A stretch of DNA of 32,000 nt from Candidatus Arthromitus sp. SFB-mouse-Japan (GTDB lineage: Bacteria > Bacillota > Clostridia > Clostridiales > Clostridiaceae): positions 1,111,084 to 1,143,083 of the forward strand of contig NC_015913.1 of assembly GCF_000270205.1 (NCBI RefSeq), written 5' to 3'. The translations under genes were made by a program, and so were the position numbers. This document shows, piece by piece, positions 1 to 7,931 of this stretch. The notes below the pieces were generated by a model. It did not search any database. It had not been told where the DNA came from and worked only from the letters and a program-made list of their open reading frames with translations. Numbering within the stretch: the stretch's first letter is position 1; the number at the start of each line of letters is the position of its first letter.

Positions 1-922
1 CAGTACTACCCTTACTTCTATTAAGTTCATAATAATCCATAACATAAAAATCTTCATGTTGGTTCCCATACCTAAAATCCATTTTATTATCAGAAAATTC
101 CATATAAGTTGTAACTTCTGGAATTTCTCTCTCATCCATTTTAAGATCACTTAATATCGTCCTAAAATCTTCTGTATCCATCATATTTTTAACAATACGC
201 ATATACGCATCATTATCTTTCAAATAATAATTAGTTTTATATTGATAATGTATACTTTTCCAATGCTCCAATTCTTCCGCTGTTATATATTGAGCAAATA
301 CAGCTGAAAATATTCTACCTATAGTCTCATCTATTGAATTCACATTATATAAAACATATGGATCCTGAAGTATGTCTAAAATAAATTCTTCTGGAGTAAT
401 TTCCCTCATCAAAATTTTATGTTCCCAAATATGATAATCAATATATTTAACTGATGATCTAAGAGTATATTGCAATCTTTTTGATATAAATTGCTTCAAC
501 GGATCATTAGACTTAGTTGTCTTAAAATTTTTAATCTCAATCACATATCTATCTTTCCCACGAAAAGCTTCAATGAATACTGAATCATAAAAAAAATCTG
601 GTATGAGATTAGATACTACTATATCCCCGTTATCATATTCAACTTTATAATTTTTATTATTAATTATGCAATCTGCCGCATTCAAAAACTCTTTGTTCAA
701 ATGTTCTGAAGTTATTCTTATAGATGAATCTGTAATTTTTGATGAGTTAATTTCATGAGAAGTAAAGGAGTAATCAATGCAACTCTCAACATAATTCCTG
801 AAACTTACAGTTTTTGCATTATAAGAATTAATTGCTAAAACATTTTTTTCAAATAAAACAAAAGTGGATATGAAAATTAAACAAAAAACTACAAATATAT
901 ATCTAATTTCCCTTAAAAACAT
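1..922 (-). CDS. hypothetical exported or membrane-anchored protein (partial; 3' end beyond window start)
   Basis: Minus-strand frame is open from ATG at 920-922 to position 1 (checked by hand; absent from ORF track because no stop lies in the window). GGAGG at 936-940. N-terminus MFLREIRYIFVVFCLIFISTFVLF is a hydrophobic signal/anchor. No catalytic motif recognised. Confidence 0.55.
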   Translation of the reverse strand, partial: MFLREIRYIFVVFCLIFISTFVLFEKNVLAINSYNAKTVSFRNYVESCIDYSFTSHEINSSKITDSSIRITSEHLNKEFLNAADCIINNKNYKVEYDNGDIVVSNLIPDFFYDSVFIEAFRGKDRYVIEIKNFKTTKSNDPLKQFISKRLQYTLRSSVKYIDYHIWEHKILMREITPEEFILDILQDPYVLYNVNSIDETIGRIFSAVFAQYITAEELEHWKSIHYQYKTNYYLKDNDAYMRIVKNMMDTEDFRTILSDLKMDEREIPEVTTYMEFSDNKMDFRYGNQHEDFYVMDYYELNRSKGST

Positions 923-1023
923 TCAACATTGATAACCTCCTTATATATATATACTTAATTTATCGTTAATCTTCTAATACAAATTTACAAATAAATCAAT
1001 ACTTATTTGAAAAAAATACCTAA

Positions 1024-2373
1024 TTAAGCAATTTTCTTTAATGATCTTTTTAAACCATTTACTATATTTCTAAATTCATTTTCATTAATCATAGTTTCAA
1101 CAACAACACCCAAAGCAAATTCCTTAGAACATCCTTTAGATATAAGCATATCATATTTACCAATCCAATATCTTAACCCCTCATCATCGGATTCTCTATT
1201 AACGATAACCTTATAAAGTCCCTCAATCTTCGACTCAGTTGTTGGTCTTAATGTTAAAAATTCTTCTTCAGATAACAAGTTTCTCACAAAGTTTTCAAAA
1301 CTAACTTGTTCATTAGATAAACTATCAACCCAAAATCTAAATCCTTTTTCATCTGGATTTCTATTAAAAGCATTAAAATAAACACTCTTAACAAAATCAT
1401 TTATATCACTTGTTTCTTGAAGAGTTTTAAATGGTGCAATATTTAATACAATTCTATTTCCACGTTTTGAATCAAAATATATTTTTAAGTCAGAATAATG
1501 TTTTGACGGAATCAAATTATTAATAGTTAATTTACCATTCACAAATTTTATATCCAATCCTTCTATATTGCTTTTGAACTCTTTAACTCCTATAGCAAAA
1601 TTTTGAATAATATCATTTAAAAATAAATCAATTTTAGTATCTTCAATATTAGACTTATTTATATCATCATTTGTCAATGTATAATATAAAATTTCTGAAT
1701 TCATTGATCCTTGATTTTCATTTTTATCAGATTGAAATGTTTTAAACATACCATTATCTACAACTTTCTCAATATTTTCACCTTTAGTTACGATCTCATA
1801 AGTATAATTTAAATTTTCTCTTAATCCTGTAAGATTTAAAATTAAATTGTCTTTCTTAGGTAATTCGGCACTCTTAAATACTTGTCCATTAAGTTTCAAA
1901 ACTAAATAAAGAGGATAATATTCATCTGGTAAATTGTTTTCTACAATTTTAATTTTTACATTATTGGTACCTTCGAACTCAACTTGCGTTTTAATTCTAA
2001 GAGTACTCGCATTAATTGATGGAGAAAATATTACATTCTTAGAATCACCTTCACCGTATGAATATGAAACATAAACACGATAATTAGTTGATTGCTCTAA
2101 GTTTTTAATTTCTGTATTAAATTGTCCTCTCCTATTTAAAACTAACTTCTCGCTCTCATAAACTTTATTGTTGTTTTCATCCAAAGCCACAACACGTAAA
2201 TCTCCATTACTGAATTTTGGATCAACGTTTCCTCTAAATGAAATTGAATTTCTATGGCTTACCATATTTACATTTTGAACAAGCATTGTTTGTGATGCAT
2301 TTACAGAAGTTGCAACCGTTCCGCACACGAAGATAGGAAGTGATGAAAGTAACATAGATAATTTTTTACACAT
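1024..2373 (-). CDS. secreted protein, FN3-like modules + C-terminal DUF4214-type repeats (paralogue G1)
   Basis: ORF track gives 1024-2400. I place the start at the internal ATG 2371-2373 (MCKKLSMLL...) because AAGGAG (2381-2386) lies 7 nt upstream of it, inside the longer ORF. Signal peptide ends ...ATSVNA. C-terminus has two DUF4214-like motifs (FVKSVYFNAFNRNPDEKGFRFW; IEGLYKVIVNRESDDEGLRYW). Confidence 0.75.
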   Translation of the reverse strand: MCKKLSMLLSSLPIFVCGTVATSVNASQTMLVQNVNMVSHRNSISFRGNVDPKFSNGDLRVVALDENNNKVYESEKLVLNRRGQFNTEIKNLEQSTNYRVYVSYSYGEGDSKNVIFSPSINASTLRIKTQVEFEGTNNVKIKIVENNLPDEYYPLYLVLKLNGQVFKSAELPKKDNLILNLTGLRENLNYTYEIVTKGENIEKVVDNGMFKTFQSDKNENQGSMNSEILYYTLTNDDINKSNIEDTKIDLFLNDIIQNFAIGVKEFKSNIEGLDIKFVNGKLTINNLIPSKHYSDLKIYFDSKRGNRIVLNIAPFKTLQETSDINDFVKSVYFNAFNRNPDEKGFRFWVDSLSNEQVSFENFVRNLLSEEEFLTLRPTTESKIEGLYKVIVNRESDDEGLRYWIGKYDMLISKGCSKEFALGVVVETMINENEFRNIVNGLKRSLKKIA

Positions 2374-2470
2374 AAACTTTCTCCTTAGAGTACAATTCAT
2401 TTAAATCTTTATCTTAATAATATTTTAACAATTATGTAATGAATTTGCAACTATTTTTTTTAATAATTTT

Positions 2471-2509
2471 TTAAAAAATATAAAAAGCTTACCTATTAAA
2501 GGCAAGCTT
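2471..2509 (-). terminator. rho-independent terminator downstream of G2
   Basis: Hairpin aagcttacc/ggcaagctt (2485-2509, one mismatch). On the minus strand it is followed by a T-rich run (A-run 2471-2486 on plus). Confidence 0.6.
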
Positions 2510-2518
2510 CCGATTAAA

Positions 2519-4219
2519 TTAAATACCTAATTCTCTAATTCTACGTTGGAATTCTGATTCATTAACCATTTCAGTAACTATAGATCCTAAAGCTGAAGAA
2601 TCAGAATAACCGTTCTTTTGTAAAGTATCTAATTTATCTGTCCAATATTTTAAACCTACGGCGTCAGAATTTCTATTAACAATTACTTTATATAAAGCTT
2701 CAATTTTTGCATTAGTTGTTGTATTTAAGTTTAAGAATTCTCTTTCAGACAACAAGTTTGCAACAAATTTCTCAGGTAATGTACTTCTCCTTGATAATTG
2801 AGTTTCCCAATAAGCAAATCCTTTTTCATCAGCTTGTCTATTTAAAGAATACTTATAAACATCAACCATAAATTGTCTTAATTTAGTTTCAGAAGCTTTA
2901 GTTGTAAATATTGCAACTGTGACTTTTCTGCTAGTTCCATTTTTATCAGTATAAGATATAGTTAAATCTTTATATTGTTTTTCAGGAACTAATCCTACAA
3001 ATTCTACATTACCACTTTTATATGTCACAGTAACACCTTCAACGTTAGTTGAAAAATTTCTACCTTCATTCATGCTGTTAGCTAAACTAGTATTTGAAAC
3101 TGGAATAGATACTGTAACATCTTTTACAGCAGCTTTATTTACGTCATTTGTAGTTATTTCATAACTAATTGTCGTTGTGTTATTTGATGATGAAGCTAAT
3201 GTTCTAAATGTTCCTCTATATATTATCCTTCTATTATCTGATTGGTTAATTATTTCATAGAAATAATCTGTACCTGGAACAAGATTTGTCAACCTAAATT
3301 GTCTTGAACCTCTTGAAGTTTCGCTGAAATTAGCAACAAAATTTTTGTTATTAGAATCTCTATATAAATCTAATGATAAGGTATGATTGATGTTTGTATT
3401 ATACACATCTACAATAGCTGAATCAGTTGTTCTGTTTTTAATTTCGGCATATATACTTGAATTTGATCCTCCAGACGATGTTGATGAAGATAACGTCCTA
3501 AACGTCCCCCTATATACAACTTGGTTTCGTTCATTAAATATTTCATAATGATAATCTGTATTTTGAGCAAGATTTGTCAATCTAAACTCTCTTGAACCTC
3601 TTGAAGTTTCAAGGTAGCTATAAACTCTAGTATTATCATAATTTCTATACAAATCTAGCGTAAAATCTTCATAAGAATTTGTATATATACGCACGATAGC
3701 TGAGTTATCTGTTCTATTTGTAACATCTGCATATACGCTTGAATTTGAACTTGATCCTCCTGATGATATTGATGAAAATAACGTTGTAAATGTTCCTGTG
3801 GATACAACTTGTCCAGAAGCATTAACTACTTCATAATAATAATCTGTGTCTTGAGTAAGACCTGTTAAGCTAAACTCTCTTGAACCTCTTGAAGTTTCAT
3901 TACGCTTATAAACTAAAGTATCATCATAATCTCTATATAAATTCAACGTAAACACACCAGTTGAATTTGTATATATATCCACAATAGCTGAGTTAACTGT
4001 TATATCTGAAACATACGAAGTCACGCTTCCAGATACAGAATCTTCTATACCTCCTATGATTAAATCTTCATAATCTGGGTCTAGAATACCAATTGTTCCA
4101 AATACTCTACTTGTTATATTGCTTTCTTTTACACTTTGAGTATCCATAGCGGAAGCTGTTATCGCTCCAGATACGAAAAAAGAAAGTGATAAAAGCAATG
4201 TACATAATTTTTTACACAT
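2519..4219 (-). CDS. secreted protein, 3 tandem FN3-like modules + conserved FN3-like module + DUF4214-type repeats (paralogue G2)
   Basis: ORF track gives 2519-4246. Start moved to ATG 4217-4219 (MCKKLCTLL...), with AAGGAG at 4227-4232. Signal peptide ends ...AITASA. C-terminal motifs are FMVDVYKYSLNRQADEKGFAYW and IEALYKVIVNRNSDAVGLKYW. Confidence 0.75.
   Translation of the reverse strand: MCKKLCTLLLSLSFFVSGAITASAMDTQSVKESNITSRVFGTIGILDPDYEDLIIGGIEDSVSGSVTSYVSDITVNSAIVDIYTNSTGVFTLNLYRDYDDTLVYKRNETSRGSREFSLTGLTQDTDYYYEVVNASGQVVSTGTFTTLFSSISSGGSSSNSSVYADVTNRTDNSAIVRIYTNSYEDFTLDLYRNYDNTRVYSYLETSRGSREFRLTNLAQNTDYHYEIFNERNQVVYRGTFRTLSSSTSSGGSNSSIYAEIKNRTTDSAIVDVYNTNINHTLSLDLYRDSNNKNFVANFSETSRGSRQFRLTNLVPGTDYFYEIINQSDNRRIIYRGTFRTLASSSNNTTTISYEITTNDVNKAAVKDVTVSIPVSNTSLANSMNEGRNFSTNVEGVTVTYKSGNVEFVGLVPEKQYKDLTISYTDKNGTSRKVTVAIFTTKASETKLRQFMVDVYKYSLNRQADEKGFAYWETQLSRRSTLPEKFVANLLSEREFLNLNTTTNAKIEALYKVIVNRNSDAVGLKYWTDKLDTLQKNGYSDSSALGSIVTEMVNESEFQRRIRELGI
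3173..4021 (-). repeat. three in-frame tandem ~94-aa (~282-nt) modules inside G2
   Basis: aa 76-170, 171-264 and 265-358 align (NSAIV.IYTN...L.LYR.....ETSRGSR[EQ]F.LT.L...TDY.YE......VV..GTF.TL+S-rich linker). The DNA string tcttgaacctcttgaagtttc recurs about every 285 nt. Confidence 0.8.
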
Positions 4220-4320
4220 AATTTTTCTCCTTAGAATACAATTCATTTAATGTTTGTTTTGATGAAATTCTAACAATTATATAACACACTTGCAACCCTT
4301 TTTAAAATAATTTTTTCAAA

Positions 4321-4352
4321 TAATTAAAAGCCTACCATTAAAGGCAAGCTTT
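4321..4352 (-). terminator. probable terminator downstream of G3 (diverged copy of the 2485-2509 hairpin)
   Basis: aaagcctacc/ggcaagcttt hairpin with two mismatches, followed by a T/A-rich tail on the minus strand. Confidence 0.45.
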
Positions 4353-4360
4353 CAATTTAA

Positions 4361-6394
4361 TTAAAGACCTAAAGCTTTTACTCTAGCCTGAAATTCTGAT
4401 TCATTAACCATTTCATTAACTATATATCCTAAAGCTGAAGAATCAGAATAACCGTTCTTCTGTAAAGCATCAAACTTGTCTGTCCAATATTTTAATCCTG
4501 TAGCATCAGATTTTCTATTAACGATAACTTGATATAGAGCTTCAATTTTTGCAGTAGTAGTTGTATTTAAGTTTATAAACTCTTTTTCTGATAATAAGTT
4601 TCCAACGAATTTCTCAGGAGATGTAGTCTTCCTTGATAATTGAAGTTCCCAATAAGCGAATCCTCTTTCATCAGCTTGTCTATTTAAAGAGTATTTATAA
4701 ACATCAACTATAAATTGTCTTAATTTAGTTTCAGAAACTTTAGTTGTAAATGTTGCAACTGTAACTTTTCTACTAGTTCCATTTTTATCAGTATAAGATA
4801 TAATAAAGTTTTTGTATTGTTTCTCAGGAACTAATCCAACTAATTCTACATTACCATTTGAATATTTTACAGTAACACCTTCAACATTAGTTGAGAAATT
4901 TTTACCATCTCTCATACTATTAGCTAAATTAGTAGTTGAAACAGGTATAGATGCTGTAACATCTTTTATAGTTGCTTTATTTATGTCTGTTGTTTTAATT
5001 TCATAGCTAGTTGAACTTGATGAACTTGAAGTTCCTCCAGTTATTGTTGATCCTGATCCCGATACTGGTAATGTTCTAAATGTTCCAGTAAGTATAAGGG
5101 TTCTTCCATCAAATATTGAGTAAGTATATTCTGTATTCGAAGAAAGACCTGTTAATTTAAACTCACTTGAAGTTTGTGTTATAGGTTTAGGAATAGCTGC
5201 TCCAGTAGCTGTACTACTTAATCCTAAAGTTAACCCACCAGGTGTATTTACTACATATGATCCTTTTAATGTTATAGTAGCTGAATTAGATGTTATATTT
5301 GAAATTTCTAAAGCCAACTCACCTAATGTCTTGAAATCTGTTGTATTCGTACTAGTTATACCTTGATATGTATTACCATCCAAAGTAACTTCCGCAGTTG
5401 CAGCCACTGTATATAGTGTATTTGGATTCAACCCTGTCTCAAAAGTGTAAGTTAATTGGTTAGTACCTTCAGGTAGCGCATCATTATTAACAGTTTCTAC
5501 ATCTGTATTACCATTTTTAATACTCAATTTAATATCTTTGATACCCAAACCAGTTGTTAATCCAGCCTGATCAATTCCAAATACAGCATCTACATATTTA
5601 GATCCAATACTACCACTAGTTATAGTCATAGTTATAGCTACTTGATCTGCATACAACTTAGATCCAGCAGTAAATATATTTCCTTTAACATCAGTATTAG
5701 ATGTAGGTTCTTTATCTACTAAAACACCTGTTACAGTATTATTTTGTACATCAACAATCTTTCCAACTGTATTTTGTAACTTAGCAATAAAAGGATCTTT
5801 CAGTGTAGTAGCCGAATCTACAAATGTAATACCTGATATAGTAACATTATCACCATATTGTATAACTGGTTTAGTATTGGCAGCATCTCTTGTTATTGTA
5901 AGTTTACTAGCTCCATCTAACTTAAGTCCAGCTGTTTTCATTAAGAATGAACCATTTTTAAAGTTTATAGTTAATGAGCCAGCTGCTAATCTTTTGGATA
6001 ACTCAGCAATTATAGCTGCATCTAAATTTATATCCATAGTTATATCAATATTAATTGTTGTAACATTCGTATTTTGTAAAGCTGCTTTTAATTGATCAAT
6101 AGGTGTTTGAGTAGTTCCTGTACCACCAGTTTGATCAGTTATATCAACTGTTGTTCTGCTTGATTTAAGTCTTTCATCTTCTACAGCTTGTCCTAATTCA
6201 TCTGCAACAGTTTTTATAGGCATCATTGCTAATTTATCTTCAACAATTTCAAATTCACCTTCCATAGTAGCAGAAACTTGAATTTCTGGAGTAACTTGAC
6301 TTGCTAAAGCTTGCTGATAACCTAACACTGATCCTGAACTAACTCCAACTATCGCTATACTTAATAAAAATTTAGCTAACTTCTTTCTTAACAT
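4361..6394 (-). CDS. secreted protein, beta-helix-like N-terminal region + FN3-like modules + DUF4214-type repeats (paralogue G3)
   Basis: AAGGAG at 6404-6409, 9 nt before ATG 6392-6394. Signal peptide MLRKKLAKFLLSIAIVGVSSGSVLGYQQALA. The last ~217 aa are roughly 80 percent identical by eye to the G2 C-terminus. Confidence 0.8.
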   Translation of the reverse strand: MLRKKLAKFLLSIAIVGVSSGSVLGYQQALASQVTPEIQVSATMEGEFEIVEDKLAMMPIKTVADELGQAVEDERLKSSRTTVDITDQTGGTGTTQTPIDQLKAALQNTNVTTINIDITMDINLDAAIIAELSKRLAAGSLTINFKNGSFLMKTAGLKLDGASKLTITRDAANTKPVIQYGDNVTISGITFVDSATTLKDPFIAKLQNTVGKIVDVQNNTVTGVLVDKEPTSNTDVKGNIFTAGSKLYADQVAITMTITSGSIGSKYVDAVFGIDQAGLTTGLGIKDIKLSIKNGNTDVETVNNDALPEGTNQLTYTFETGLNPNTLYTVAATAEVTLDGNTYQGITSTNTTDFKTLGELALEISNITSNSATITLKGSYVVNTPGGLTLGLSSTATGAAIPKPITQTSSEFKLTGLSSNTEYTYSIFDGRTLILTGTFRTLPVSGSGSTITGGTSSSSSSTSYEIKTTDINKATIKDVTASIPVSTTNLANSMRDGKNFSTNVEGVTVKYSNGNVELVGLVPEKQYKNFIISYTDKNGTSRKVTVATFTTKVSETKLRQFIVDVYKYSLNRQADERGFAYWELQLSRKTTSPEKFVGNLLSEKEFINLNTTTTAKIEALYQVIVNRKSDATGLKYWTDKFDALQKNGYSDSSALGYIVNEMVNESEFQARVKALGL

Positions 6395-6558
6395 TTTAAA
6401 TTTCTCCTTATTTTTCTTAAGCTTAATTGACTATTCTCAAAAATTGTTCATAATATTTTTTAATATTGATGCTAAATCTTTTTTGTCATCTTTTTTACAA
6501 TTTTATTAAATTTTGTAATATTTTGCAATATTTTTTTAATTTTATTGTAAATTTATTC

Positions 6559-6592
6559 AAAAAAAATGAGAGACCACTTAAGTGATCCCTCA
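6559..6592 (-). terminator. rho-independent terminator of the dehydrogenase gene
   Basis: Imperfect hairpin 6567-6592 followed on the minus strand by T8 (A-run 6559-6566). It lies 7 nt after the stop at 6599. Confidence 0.6.
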
Positions 6593-6598
6593 CAATTT

Positions 6599-7555
6599 CT
6601 AACTAACTCCATTTATTATATTTCCATTCAAAAACTCTTGTAAATTGATCTTCAATTGATTGAACAACCTCTCTCTTGCCTCAAATGGACACCATCCATA
6701 ATGTGGTGTAATCACACAATTCTGAACTCCTAACAATACATTGCTTTCAAACATTGGCTCAACTTCAACGACATCTAGAAAAGCAATTCCTACTTTACCA
6801 CTCTGAAGAGAATCCTTTAGATCCTGTTCGCTTATAAGCTGTCCTCTTGCGGTATTAATAATAATTACTCCATCCTTCATTATTGAAAGTGTTTCTTTGT
6901 TTATAATATGTCTTGTATCATTTGTCAATGGGCAATGTAAAGATATTATGTCACTATTCTTAAATAACTCTTCTTTTGATACAAATTTTATATTATCTGT
7001 ATCTTCTCTTTTTGTAGTTGTATGGACTAATACCTTCATTCCAAATACTATTGCTATCTCTGATACTTTTCTTCCAATATTCCCATATCCAAAAATTCCA
7101 AGTGTCTTTCCAGCAATCTCAGATACTCTTCTATCATAAAAGCAAAAATCTTTTGACTTTACCCATTCACCGCTATGAACTCGCCTATTGTGTAAAGAAA
7201 CTTTTCTGAAATATTCAAACATATATGCAAATACTAACTCAGATACTGCATTGGTAGAATAATTTGGAACGTTTGTAACCACTATATTATTTCTAGAACA
7301 AAATTCAACGTCTATATGATTAACTCCTGTTGCCATCGATCCAATATATTTAAGATTGCTACACTTCTCAAGAAGCTCACTTCTCAAAGGCACTTTGCAA
7401 GTAAAAACATAAGTTGCATCTTTGATTCTCTCAAAAATTTCATCTTCACTTGTTCTGTCATACCTTTCAACTTCATCGACACAATCTAGGAATATATTCC
7501 AATCAAATTCTCCAGGATTAACCGAATGTGCATCTAAAACAACAACTTTTTTCAT
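6599..7555 (-). CDS. D-isomer-specific 2-hydroxyacid dehydrogenase family (glycerate/hydroxypyruvate reductase-like)
   Basis: NAD fold GIFGYGNIGRKV. R/E/H triad occurs in family order (NTARG, VVEVEP, ITPHYG). Start placed at ATG 7553-7555 (MKKVVVLD), because the TTG at 7621 falls in the predicted -35. Confidence 0.85.
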   Translation of the reverse strand: MKKVVVLDAHSVNPGEFDWNIFLDCVDEVERYDRTSEDEIFERIKDATYVFTCKVPLRSELLEKCSNLKYIGSMATGVNHIDVEFCSRNNIVVTNVPNYSTNAVSELVFAYMFEYFRKVSLHNRRVHSGEWVKSKDFCFYDRRVSEIAGKTLGIFGYGNIGRKVSEIAIVFGMKVLVHTTTKREDTDNIKFVSKEELFKNSDIISLHCPLTNDTRHIINKETLSIMKDGVIIINTARGQLISEQDLKDSLQSGKVGIAFLDVVEVEPMFESNVLLGVQNCVITPHYGWCPFEARERLFNQLKINLQEFLNGNIINGVS

Positions 7556-7592
7556 TAGATCTATAACCCCATTCAAATTTAAATTCTTTATG

Positions 7593-7621
7593 ATAGTAAC
7601 ACATAAATCAATACTGTTCAA
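7593..7621 (-). promoter_or_regulatory. predicted sigma-A-type promoter (TTGAAC-17-TACTAT)
   Basis: On the minus strand, TTGAAC is at 7616-7621 and TACTAT at 7593-7598, with a 17-nt spacer, about 40 nt upstream of ATG 7555. Confidence 0.45.
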
Positions 7622-7931
7622 ATTTATTTATGAACTGAAGGTATAGTATCTTGGAAACTCTGTCCACAAACCTATATATCGTCCCAAATAATATAAACTT
7701 TACAAAGAAGTGGAAAAAATTTTTTAATTAATTTCCATAAAGTTAAATATTATTCCAGTGCTTACGATAATTTTAAAAAACTACAAATCAAGTGAGTAAG
7801 CCTTGATTAATATAGAATTTTGATTTATATTAATATTAACATTAAATTAATTATGTAAACTTTATATTAAAATATTAAACACTAATTTGTTTGATTAATT
7901 AAAAATTCAATAATTAAGGAGATTGATTATT

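Noticed and set aside
2374-2400. N-terminal extension MNC[TI]LRRK[FI] of G1 (and 4220-4246 of G2) given by the ORF track
   Set aside because: The extension contains the AAGGAG Shine-Dalgarno that serves the downstream ATG (MCKKL...). The shorter form gives a normal signal peptide.
7556-7621. TTG-initiated 22-aa extension of the 2-hydroxyacid dehydrogenase
   Set aside because: No SD precedes it. It overlaps the predicted TTGAAC-17-TACTAT promoter, and family members normally begin at the MK(I/V)VVLD strand.
7803-7831. TTGATT-17-TATATT as the promoter of trio gene A
   Set aside because: The spacing is right, but in DNA this AT-rich many equivalent matches occur in the 300-nt intergenic region. 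It is not reportable as a feature without TSS data.
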